From Alphaproteobacteria bacterium (GTDB taxonomy: Bacteria; Pseudomonadota; Alphaproteobacteria; UBA2966): a stretch of 64,000 nt of DNA. Positions 55,891-64,000 of the stretch are shown here, piece by piece. The stretch's first letter is position 1; each line of letters begins with the position of its first letter. A program made the translations under genes and the position numbers. Under the pieces are notes generated by a model. That model did not search any database and was not told the origin of the DNA. It saw only the letters and a list, made by a program, of their open reading frames with translations. Location: contig OZ219858.1 of assembly GCA_964291395.2 (NCBI GenBank), positions 128,001-192,000 on the forward strand, written 5' to 3'.

Positions 55891-56658
55891 GTGCGCATGC
55901 GGACGCCGCAGATCGCACTGTACACGGACTTCGGATTCGACGGGCCCTACGTCGGCCAGCTGAAGTCCGTCATCAGCCGTCTCGCGCCGGAAGTTCCGGT
56001 CATCGATCTGATGCACGACGTACCCTCGCACGACGTCAAGTCGGCGGCCTACCTCCTTGCCGCTCTGGTTGGCGAGTTTCCGGTGGGCACGGTCTTCGCC
56101 GCCATCGTCGATCCCGGGGTCGGCAGCGACGAGCGCGAACCCGTCGTCGTCAAGGCCGAAGGACGATGGTTCGTCGGGCCGGGAAACGGATTGTTCTCGT
56201 CGGTCGTCGGGCAGGCCGCCTCGGCCGAGGCCTGGACGGTCGCCTGGCGGCCGGAGCGCGTCTCCCCCAGTTTCCACGGCCGCGACATCTTCGCCCCGGC
56301 CGCGGCACGGATCGCGCTCGGGCAGCACAGGCCAGGCCGGACCTGCGAACTGTCCAATGCCGTCAATCTGGAATGGCCCCTGGATCTGGCACGGGTCATC
56401 TACATCGACCGGTTCGGCAATGCCGTCACCGGCGTACGCGCCAAGACGGTCGCGGAGGACGCCGTCATCGAGTTCGGCGGCAGGACGCTGCCGCGGGCCT
56501 TCACGTTCGCGGACGTGCCGGAGGGATCCGCGATGTGGTACGAGAATTCGAACGGACTGGTTGAAATCGCCGTCAATCGCGGCCGCGCCGACCGGGAACT
56601 CGGCCTTGCCGTCGGCAGCGACATCCCGATTCGAAGCACCGACAGCGGGTGCCTCTAG
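55891..56658 (+). CDS. SAM hydroxide adenosyltransferase (DUF62; SAM hydrolase/halogenase family)
   Basis: YTDFG, DLMHDV, IVDPGVGSDER, GPGNG, SFHGRDIF, IDRFGN, GLVEIAVNRG. Confidence 0.93.
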   Translation: MRMRTPQIALYTDFGFDGPYVGQLKSVISRLAPEVPVIDLMHDVPSHDVKSAAYLLAALVGEFPVGTVFAAIVDPGVGSDEREPVVVKAEGRWFVGPGNGLFSSVVGQAASAEAWTVAWRPERVSPSFHGRDIFAPAAARIALGQHRPGRTCELSNAVNLEWPLDLARVIYIDRFGNAVTGVRAKTVAEDAVIEFGGRTLPRAFTFADVPEGSAMWYENSNGLVEIAVNRGRADRELGLAVGSDIPIRSTDSGCL

Positions 56659-57548
56659 AGCAACGCCGCCTTCTCCTTCCTCGCCGTCTCGGTTCCCGTG
56701 AACCAATCGCAGATCTCCTCCCCCGGCATGAAAATCGTGTCGGGGCGTTCCAGGAGATAGTCCAGCATCCGCCCCACCCAATGGGCGCGGTGAGCCTGAC
56801 CCATGAGGTAGTGGTGATAGGACATCGACAGGACTCGCGGGGATTCTCCGAGCTCCGGTTCAAGGCCCGCCACCATGTCACGCATCCGGTTGTACTGTTC
56901 GTCGGGGCCGTGCTGGCCGATGTGATAGACGTAGGCGTCGTTGAGCTCGGCCGTGTAGGGCACCACGACAACCGGCCCCGATCGGGTGGACATCCAGACC
57001 GGCAGATCGTCGATCACGCCCCAATCGGAGATGTACTCGACACCCGCGGCCTTGAGCAGTTCGGGCGTACGGGTGGACTCCTTCAACCCAGGACCGATCC
57101 AACCGCGCACCGGCCGGCCCGTGAACGACCGGATCCGTTCCAGGGAGACGTTGATGATCTCTTCCTCGTCATCCTCCGTCATGGAACGCTGAAACTTGCC
57201 GTGACCCTGAAATTCCCAGCCGGCCTCGAGGATGGCCTCGGCCACGTCCGGATACGCGTCGATCACGTCGGAGTTGATGCAGGCGACGGCCCGCACGCCG
57301 CGCTCTGTCAACGTGCGGATGAGGCGCGGGATGCCGCAGCGCATGCCGTATTCCATCCAGGCATAGTTAACGAGATCGGGGACAGGATCGATGCCGTGGG
57401 GGTTGGCGAGTATCTTTCGGGGTATCGGCTGGTCGTAGCGAAATATCTCGACCGCGACCACGATCTGGACGATCAACGGCTTGCCGTCCGGCGGCGGAAG
57501 ACGGCCTCTCCTCGGAGCATACTGAAACGGGATGCGCGGGTTCACCAT
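56655..57548 (-). CDS. Polysaccharide deacetylase superfamily (CE4, PuuE allantoinase-like) hydrolase
   Basis: PDLVNYAWMEYGMRCGIPRL, WEFQGHG, RGWIGPG, DWGVIDDLP, PYTAELND. Confidence 0.85.
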   Translation of the reverse strand: MVNPRIPFQYAPRRGRLPPPDGKPLIVQIVVAVEIFRYDQPIPRKILANPHGIDPVPDLVNYAWMEYGMRCGIPRLIRTLTERGVRAVACINSDVIDAYPDVAEAILEAGWEFQGHGKFQRSMTEDDEEEIINVSLERIRSFTGRPVRGWIGPGLKESTRTPELLKAAGVEYISDWGVIDDLPVWMSTRSGPVVVVPYTAELNDAYVYHIGQHGPDEQYNRMRDMVAGLEPELGESPRVLSMSYHHYLMGQAHRAHWVGRMLDYLLERPDTIFMPGEEICDWFTGTETARKEKAALL

Positions 57549-57745
57549 TTGACGGGCGCCTCGATCGTTCACCTGGCCCGGGGTTCAGTATGGCGGCGGA
57601 ACGGTCCGTGGAAACGCCTCGCCCCGGCCGGCCGGCGCCGGTCCAGGCGGCCCCGGCAGGGACGGCGGGACGCACCGACCGCAATTATCGAGCGCCAAAC
57701 CATCAAGGACGATCGCGCAATGGATGCGGCGGACTGCATCCGCGT

Positions 57746-58213
57746 TCACAGGATCTCGTAGATCTCGTAGCCGGGTCCTTCCCCGGTCCGGTCCCCGATC
57801 CCCACCGCGATGATGGTGTTCATCCAGCCGTACTTGTCCGACGCCGTCTCGAAGAAGGGGGCGATCCGGAAGTAATATTCGGAGGCATCGACGACATCGC
57901 CGTTCAGATGGCGTTGCAAGACCTCTTCGGGACCAAGACGCAGCCCGCGATAGCGCATGCCGATCAAGTGTCCGTCATCGGTTTCCATCGTCAGGCGGAC
58001 GTCGAGCACCGTTGCATTGTCGGGCCGCCGGATCAGCCAATCGCTGCCGAACACGATCCGGCCCCGAAGGCGGTCTCCGTCGAAGCGACCACCGGGAACC
58101 GGCATGACCCAACGGCGGCCGAGCGGCGTGTCCCCATATTCAAGCGGCCCCAACGGCGGTTCGGGCGGCCGAATACGGAAGGTCATCAAATGGCGTGTCT
58201 TGATCTCGGGCAT
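57746..58213 (-). CDS. DUF3237 family beta-barrel protein
   Basis: GDTPLGRR, GGRFDGDRLRG, GSDW, LDVRLTMETDDG, YYFRIAPFFET, YGWMN; GGGAGA before ATG. Confidence 0.92.
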   Translation of the reverse strand: MPEIKTRHLMTFRIRPPEPPLGPLEYGDTPLGRRWVMPVPGGRFDGDRLRGRIVFGSDWLIRRPDNATVLDVRLTMETDDGHLIGMRYRGLRLGPEEVLQRHLNGDVVDASEYYFRIAPFFETASDKYGWMNTIIAVGIGDRTGEGPGYEIYEIL

Positions 58214-58337
58214 CGTCTCTCCCGCCCCGCGGATGAATATCAGCGTAGAGCATCGTCCCCGTCGACACCATGCTGGACCCAACCGGAGCCGCGCCCTACA
58301 GTCGGCCGCATTCGAAGCACGAGGGGGCGCCGAGTAG

Positions 58338-59393
58338 TTGCCGGACCAGAAAGTTGCCCTTGTGATCGGCGCCACCGGAATTGTCGGTGGCAACACGATC
58401 CAGCACCTCGACGCCAAAGACGATTGGCAGGTCGTCGGCCTGTCCCGACGCCGGCCCTACTACGAATCGACGGCAACCTTCATTTCCGTGGATCTCGGCG
58501 ATGCCGCCGAATGCCGGACCAGGCTCGCCGGCCTCGACCGGGTTACCCACGTGTTCTTCGCCGGTTACACGGACCGACCTTCCTGGGCGGAGCAGGATGC
58601 TCCCAACCTCGCGCTCCTCGTCAATCCCCTGGAGGTCATCGAGCCAATCGCGACCGGCCTCGAGCACGTCTGCTCGCTTCAAGGAACCAAGGCCTATGGA
58701 TCACACCTCGGCGCCTTCAAGTCACCCGCGAAGGAGAGCGACCCCCGGCACATGCCACCCAATTTCTATTACAGCCAGCAGGACTATCTGATCGAGAAGT
58801 CGAAGGGAAAGAGTTGGTCGTGGTCGTGCATACGCCCGCACGCGGTGTGCGGACACGCGGTGGGGATTCCCATGAATCTGGTCTCGTGCATCGCGGTTTA
58901 CGCCACCATCTCGAAGGAGCTGGGGCTGCCGTTGCGATTTCCGGGCAGCCCGATCACCTACCGCTCCATGTACATGGCCACGGAAGCGGGCTTGTTGGCG
59001 CGTGCCATGGAATGGGCCGCGACGACGCCCGCCTGCGCCGATCAGGCCTTCAACGTCGTCAACGGCGATTACGTGCGCTTCGAACACATGTGGCCGAAGT
59101 TCGCCGAGTTCTTCGGCATGGAACCGGGACCGCTTCAGCGCATCGACCTGCCGCTGATGATGGCCGACAAGGCGCCGCTCTGGGACGAAATCGTGCGCAA
59201 GTACGATCTCGTCCCCAACGCCTACGAGGACATGGCTCACTGGCCATTCGCCCAGTACATCTTCAACAACGAATGGGACATGATGTCGGACGTGACGAAG
59301 TGCCGGGAATTCGGTTTCCTGGACTTCGTCGATACCGAGCAGATGTTCCTGGATCAATTCGCTGAGCTTCGGGCCAACCGGATCATCCCTTAA
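58338..59393 (+). CDS. PRISE-family SDR (progesterone 5-beta-reductase/iridoid synthase-like), copy 1
   Basis: GATGIVG, GLSRR, QGTKAYG, PNFYYSQQD, WSCIRP, LPLRFPG, QAFNVVNGD. Confidence 0.88.
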   Translation: MPDQKVALVIGATGIVGGNTIQHLDAKDDWQVVGLSRRRPYYESTATFISVDLGDAAECRTRLAGLDRVTHVFFAGYTDRPSWAEQDAPNLALLVNPLEVIEPIATGLEHVCSLQGTKAYGSHLGAFKSPAKESDPRHMPPNFYYSQQDYLIEKSKGKSWSWSCIRPHAVCGHAVGIPMNLVSCIAVYATISKELGLPLRFPGSPITYRSMYMATEAGLLARAMEWAATTPACADQAFNVVNGDYVRFEHMWPKFAEFFGMEPGPLQRIDLPLMMADKAPLWDEIVRKYDLVPNAYEDMAHWPFAQYIFNNEWDMMSDVTKCREFGFLDFVDTEQMFLDQFAELRANRIIP

Positions 59394-59426
59394 GCTTCGG
59401 GCGACCCCTCCGGGAGGACGACTGTC

Positions 59427-60482
59427 ATGACGGATCGCAATACCGCGCTCGTGTTCGGCGCCAGCGGTATCATCGGGCGGGGATTCCTCCGGCATCTCGA
59501 CGGTCTCAACGATTGGGACATCATCGGGGTCATGCGCAACCCTCCCGAATTCGAGACGCGGGCCGAGCACCTGCCTGTCGATCTGACAGACCGCGGCGAC
59601 TGTCTGGCGGGGCTGAAGGACGTGCCGCAGGTGACGCACGTGTTCTACACCGCCTACAAGGACTACCCGACGTGGGAGGAAGCCGCGGAACCCAATACCG
59701 AGATGTTCAGGAACGCGATGGACGGCCTGATTCGGAACGCGCCCAACCTCCGGCACGTACAGATTATGCAGGGCGCGAAGTATTACGGCCGTCACCTGGG
59801 CCGCTACAAAACCCCGTCCCGGGAGGACGACCCTCGACACATGCCGCCAAGCCTCTATTTCGGTCAGGAGGATTGCCTACGCGAACTCCAAGAAGGCCAG
59901 CCCTGGACATGGTCGGCGGTACGCCCTCAGGCCGTATGCGGCCTCTCGATCGGCAATCCGCTGAACCTCACGTCGGTCGTGGCCGTCTATGCCGTCATCT
60001 CCAAGGAACTCGGCCTGCCGTTGCGGTGGCCCGGCAAACCAGCGGCCTATCACACCATCTACCAGGTCACCGACAGCGGACTCCTGGGGAAATCGATGGT
60101 CTGGGCAGCAACGACACCGGCGTGCGCCAACGAGGCTTTCAATATCGCCAACGGCGACGTATTCCGCTGGGACCACATGTGGGAGCGCATCGCAGACTAC
60201 TTCGGCATGACGGTCGCCCCGCCACAGCAGATCGACCTCGCCATGATGATGGCGGACAAAGAGCCGCTCTGGAACGAGATCGTCGAAAAACACGACTTGG
60301 CGGCCACGCCGTTCGAAAAGGCCGCAAACTGGGCCTTCGGGGACTACGCCTTCGGCTCCGACTGGGACGTCTGCATGGATACCACCAAATGCCGGCGGGC
60401 CGGGTTCCTCGACTTCGTAGACACGGAAGAGATGTTCGTCCGCCAATTCGACGAGCTGCGCGCGGCGAGGATCATTCCCTAA
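59427..60482 (+). CDS. PRISE-family SDR, copy 2
   Basis: GASGIIG, QGAKYYG, PSLYFGQED, WSAVRP, LPLRWPG, EAFNIANGD; same length (351 aa) as copy 1. Confidence 0.88.
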   Translation: MTDRNTALVFGASGIIGRGFLRHLDGLNDWDIIGVMRNPPEFETRAEHLPVDLTDRGDCLAGLKDVPQVTHVFYTAYKDYPTWEEAAEPNTEMFRNAMDGLIRNAPNLRHVQIMQGAKYYGRHLGRYKTPSREDDPRHMPPSLYFGQEDCLRELQEGQPWTWSAVRPQAVCGLSIGNPLNLTSVVAVYAVISKELGLPLRWPGKPAAYHTIYQVTDSGLLGKSMVWAATTPACANEAFNIANGDVFRWDHMWERIADYFGMTVAPPQQIDLAMMMADKEPLWNEIVEKHDLAATPFEKAANWAFGDYAFGSDWDVCMDTTKCRRAGFLDFVDTEEMFVRQFDELRAARIIP

Positions 60483-61417
60483 CCGAGTCCGACGAGCGCC
60501 TCCGCGAATCTCTCGGCCTCGAACGGTTGAAGATCCTCGATCCCTTCTCCGACGCCCACGGCGTGCACCGGCAGACCGAATTTCTCGGCAACGGCCACCA
60601 GCACGCCTCCCCTCGCCGTCCCGTCGAGCTTGGTCATCACGAGTCCCGTGACGTCGCAGATCTCTCGAAAGACCTCGACCTGCCGCAGGGCGTTCTGTCC
60701 CGTGGTCGCGTCGAGGACGAGCAGTACGCTGTGCGGCGCGGAGGCGTCCAGCTTGCCCAACACGCGGACGATCTTCCCCAGTTCGGCCATGAGGTCCGAC
60801 TTGTTGTGCAGGCGCCCGGCCGTATCGATCAAGAGCACGTCAGCATGCCGGGACCGGGCCTGTTGGAACGCGTCATAGGCGAGACCGGCGGCATCGGCGC
60901 CCGGTTGCCGCGCGATAACCTCGGCGCCGGACCGTTCGCCCCAAATCTGAACCTGCTCGATCGCCGCGGCACGGAAGGTATCGCCCGCGGCGATGATCGT
61001 CGAGCACCCCCGGCCCCGAAAATTGTGGGCGAGCTTGCCGATCGTCGCGGTCTTGCCCGTACCGTTGACACCGACAACCAGCACGACGTGCGGCTTGTGC
61101 GATGCATCCACTTCGAAGGGAACCGCCACGGCTTGCAGTATCCTGGTGATCTCTTGCGCGAGAACTTCCCGCACTTCCTCGGACGTGATCTCCTTGTCGA
61201 GACGAGACCGCCCCAGTTCCGCGGTCATGCGGGCCGCGAGGGACACGCCGAGATCCGAGCTGATGAGAAGTTCCTCGAGGGCCTCCAGAGACTCGTCATC
61301 GAGACGACGCTTGGTCAGGATCCCCGCGAGTCCTCCGCTCAGCTCTCCCGCCGACTTTCCAAGGCCCCGTTTGAGGCGCGAAAACCAGCCGGACCGCTCT
61401 CCGTCCCGTTCCGTCAC
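60479..61417 (-). CDS. ftsY: Signal recognition particle receptor FtsY
   Basis: GVNGTGKT, DTFRAAA, DTAGRL, DATTGQN, TKLDGTARGG. Confidence 0.98.
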   Translation of the reverse strand: MTERDGERSGWFSRLKRGLGKSAGELSGGLAGILTKRRLDDESLEALEELLISSDLGVSLAARMTAELGRSRLDKEITSEEVREVLAQEITRILQAVAVPFEVDASHKPHVVLVVGVNGTGKTATIGKLAHNFRGRGCSTIIAAGDTFRAAAIEQVQIWGERSGAEVIARQPGADAAGLAYDAFQQARSRHADVLLIDTAGRLHNKSDLMAELGKIVRVLGKLDASAPHSVLLVLDATTGQNALRQVEVFREICDVTGLVMTKLDGTARGGVLVAVAEKFGLPVHAVGVGEGIEDLQPFEAERFAEALVGLG

Positions 61418-62679
61418 GCTGCAACGCGGCCTACAAGCCGATTCTCCGAAACGCCGGTGACCCGAACGGGCACGACGGTGCCGGGACCGGGGTCGCCATC
61501 AATGATCCGGACCCGGGCGTAGCCTTCCGTCCGGCCCTCGCCACAGCGTTCGATCAGCACCGACTCGGTGGCGCCGATGCGGCTCTTCAAATATGCCCCG
61601 AGCGCCTCTTCACCGGCAGCGCGCATACGCGCCGAACGTTCCTTGCGCTCCTCCTTGGCCACCTGGGGCATGCGCGCCGCAGGCGTACCGGGACGCGACG
61701 AATAGGGGAAAACGTGCAGATACGTCAGGCCGCAATCGTGGATCAAACGCAAGGAGTTCTCGAACATCGGACGGGTTTCGGTGGGAAAGCCGACGATCAG
61801 ATCGGAGCCGAACACGAGGCCGGGTCGACTCTGCCGAAGTTCCCGACAAAGCTCGACCGCGTCGTTACGCACGTGACGACGCCTCATACGCTTGAGAACA
61901 AGGTCGTCTCCGGACTGCAAACTCAAATGGAGATGCGGCATGAGCCGCGGCTCGCCGACAATTGCCGCCTTCAGTTCATCATCGATCTCGACAGGATCCA
62001 ACGAAGACAACCTGAGCCGCGAAAGGTCCGGCACCCCGCGCAACAACGCGCGAACCAGGCCGCCAAGTCCGGGATGATCGGGCCGTTCCGTGCCATAGGC
62101 CGTGATATCAACCCCGGTCAGAACGATCTCGCGGTAACCCGCCGCGACCAGAGTCTCCGCTCCGGCGATCACACGTCCGACCGGCACGCTGCGGTTGGGG
62201 CCCCGCGCGAACGGGATGATACAGAAGGTGCAGCGGTGATCGCAGCCTTGTTGAATTTCAAGAAAGGCGCGCGTCCGGCCATCGAAACCCTCGATCAGGT
62301 GACCTGCGGTCTCCGTCACCCTCGCGATGTCGGTGACGATGACCGAACCCTCCGCCGAGGATCCGTAGTGCTCTCGCGAGAGTTTCTCCAGGTTGCCGAG
62401 CACACGATCGACCTCGGGCATTTCCGCGTAGGCGTCCGGGTGCAGCTGGGCGGCGCAGCCCGTCACGATGATCTCCCGGTCCGGTGCCTCCCGCCGCAGC
62501 CGCCGGATGGTCTGCCGCGCCTGTCGTTCGGCCTCGGCGGTCACGGCGCACGTGTTGACAACCACCGCGTCGATCAGGCCAGCCGCCGCAGCCTCGTGCC
62601 GGATGATTTCCGATTCATATGAATTGAGGCGGCATCCAAGGGTCACGACGTCCGGCCCGTGCCGAAGTCCAGCCGTCAT
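61414..62679 (-). CDS. mtaB: tRNA t6A37 methylthiotransferase
   Basis: TLGCRLN, NTCAVT, GCAAQ, radical SAM CDHRCTFC, HVFPYS. Confidence 0.95.
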   Translation of the reverse strand: MTAGLRHGPDVVTLGCRLNSYESEIIRHEAAAAGLIDAVVVNTCAVTAEAERQARQTIRRLRREAPDREIIVTGCAAQLHPDAYAEMPEVDRVLGNLEKLSREHYGSSAEGSVIVTDIARVTETAGHLIEGFDGRTRAFLEIQQGCDHRCTFCIIPFARGPNRSVPVGRVIAGAETLVAAGYREIVLTGVDITAYGTERPDHPGLGGLVRALLRGVPDLSRLRLSSLDPVEIDDELKAAIVGEPRLMPHLHLSLQSGDDLVLKRMRRRHVRNDAVELCRELRQSRPGLVFGSDLIVGFPTETRPMFENSLRLIHDCGLTYLHVFPYSSRPGTPAARMPQVAKEERKERSARMRAAGEEALGAYLKSRIGATESVLIERCGEGRTEGYARVRIIDGDPGPGTVVPVRVTGVSENRLVGRVAA

Positions 62680-63530
62680 GAGCCGCTCCCGTTCAGCAAT
62701 GTGCCGTCGAGAATGCCGGAGAAGCTGGTCGAGACGGGTCCCGTCATCAGCACGTGCCCGTCCTCCCGCCACCGAAGCCGAAGGACTCCGCCGTCCAGGT
62801 GGATATCGGCCGAGCGGTCCGTCAGGCCGCGGCGGGCGCCCGCGACGGCGACCGCGCAGGCCGCGGTTCCGCAGGCGGAGGTGATGCCGACACCGCGCTC
62901 CCATACCCGGACCCGGATCGAATCGCGAGCGCGCACCTGGGCGATGCTGATATTCGCGCGCTCGGGAAACAGCACGTGGTGTTCAAGGCCGGGTCCGACC
63001 GACGTCAAGTCGACCGAGTCCACCTCGTCGACGAAGAACACGGCGTGCGGGTTCCCGACATTCACGCCGACGGCATCATCCAACGCCGTGACCGCCCGTC
63101 CACCGGCCGACATATCCATGTGAAGCGTATCCATTTCGCGCGCCAACGGGATGTCCCGCCAATCGGTCCGCGCCGGACCCTGGTCGACGGTGACCATCCC
63201 CGAACCATCCCTGGAGGCCTCCAGCACACCTGCCGCGGTGTCGAGGTCGACCGCGTCGGCGCCCAGCTCGTCCATCACCATGTTGGCCACGCAACGTGCT
63301 GCATTCCCGCAGGCCGACACCTCGCCGCCGTCGGCGTTGTGGACCCGCATGAAAGCGGCGGCGCGGTCCGACGGCTCAATGGTGATGAGCTGATCGCAGC
63401 CGACGCCGCGCCTACGATCCGCGATAAGCCGCACTTCGTCGGCCGCGAGGGAAATGGCGCGCGCGCGCCCATCCAGCACGACGAAGTCGTTGCCGAGGCC
63501 ATGCATCTTGGTGAACGGAAGCTCGCTCAT
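62676..63530 (-). CDS. dapF: Diaminopimelate epimerase
   Basis: KMHGLGNDF, GVGCDQ, ACGNAARC, GNPH, WERGVG, ACGTAAC. Confidence 0.98.
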   Translation of the reverse strand: MSELPFTKMHGLGNDFVVLDGRARAISLAADEVRLIADRRRGVGCDQLITIEPSDRAAAFMRVHNADGGEVSACGNAARCVANMVMDELGADAVDLDTAAGVLEASRDGSGMVTVDQGPARTDWRDIPLAREMDTLHMDMSAGGRAVTALDDAVGVNVGNPHAVFFVDEVDSVDLTSVGPGLEHHVLFPERANISIAQVRARDSIRVRVWERGVGITSACGTAACAVAVAGARRGLTDRSADIHLDGGVLRLRWREDGHVLMTGPVSTSFSGILDGTLLNGSGS

Positions 63531-63662
63531 CGCCGCCTTATATGGTCTTGTGGCCGCACAAGTCCACCGTGCGGCGCCTCGACGGCTTTTCGCGCGTCCA
63601 AACGCTTCTTGACGGGAAAGGCCGCCCGGAGCTACTTTCCGCGCGCTCCGAAAGGGTTAGTG

Positions 63663-63722
63663 ACCGGGAGCGCCCACGGGTGTCCGCCAGTCCGCGAGGT
63701 TTCGCGCACTGGCGCCGTCGGT
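63663..63722 (+). ncRNA. Structured ffh leader (candidate alphaproteobacterial ffh RNA motif); boundaries approximate
   Basis: GCGCCCACGGGTGT hairpin followed by CGCCAGT-C-CGCGA-GGTT-TCGCG-C-ACTGGCG (63685-63714) just upstream of ffh, where an ffh motif RNA is known in Alphaproteobacteria. Confidence 0.5.
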
Positions 63723-63751
63723 TCTCGTCAAACGCGAGGAATGCGCTGGAC

Positions 63752-64000
63752 ATGTTCGACAGTCTGACCGAACGCCTCGGTGAGGTCTTCGAGAACCTGA
63801 AGCGGCATGGCGCTCTTTCCGAGTCCGACGTCAACGCCGCCCTTCGGGAAGTGCGAGTCGCGTTGCTGGAGGCGGACGTCGCCCTGCCGGTCGTGAAGCG
63901 CTTCATCGATAGCGTCCGCGGTCGCGCCATCGGCGCGGAGGTGCTGCGCTCGGTATCGCCGGCCCAGATGGTCATCAAGATCGTCCATGACCACTTGATC
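63752..64000 (+). CDS. ffh: Signal recognition particle protein Ffh, N-terminal part (truncated by window edge)
   Basis: Hand translation MFDSLTERLGEVFENLKRHGALSESDVNAALREVRVALLEADVALPVVKRF...SPAQMVIKIVHDHL. Confidence 0.96.
   Translation, partial: MFDSLTERLGEVFENLKRHGALSESDVNAALREVRVALLEADVALPVVKRFIDSVRGRAIGAEVLRSVSPAQMVIKIVHDHLI

Noticed and set aside
55891-56658. Fluorinase or chlorinase call
   Set aside because: The Asp-Arg-His triad (VDPGVG..R, FHGRD) is that of DUF62 SAM hydrolases

Overview
GC-rich alphaproteobacterial chromosome segment, Rhodospirillales-like by gene order (inference), made mostly of conserved housekeeping blocks. Left to right: 3' end of uvrD/pcrA, prmA, a DUF1127 small protein, aminopeptidase P; a complete minus-strand dcw cluster (mraZ-rsmH-ftsL-ftsI-murE-murF-mraY-murD-ftsW-murG-murC-murB-ddl-ftsQ-ftsA-ftsZ-lpxC-bamD-recN-ligA) preceded by RNase P RNA, an amidase and djlA; sahR-metF-metH plus a pterin carbinolamine dehydratase; mlaA-mlaC; acnA divergent from a contiguous ccmABCDEFGHI operon; and dapF-mtaB-ftsY with the 5' end of ffh. 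The best candidate for an undescribed system is a ~4.6 kb five-gene enzyme islet lying between ftsY and yciB: a DUF62 SAM hydrolase, a PuuE-like CE4 hydrolase, a DUF3237 protein and two tandem PRISE (progesterone 5-beta-reductase/iridoid synthase-like) reductases, with a tRNA-like folded element ending in GCCA at its left edge. Other signals read from the sequence: MraZ operator repeats and a LexA-type box upstream of the dcw cluster, a long SahR operator palindrome, a MITE-like element with slippage repeats after mlaC, a HEPN gene remnant, an unlisted 56-aa ORF with a strong RBS, and an indel-dense tract (about 52.46-53.68 kb) that breaks ccmI and a serine hydrolase and is probably a sequencing artefact. 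No CRISPR array, rRNA, canonical tRNA or intact transposase was seen. All family calls are from motif recognition by eye, not database searches.
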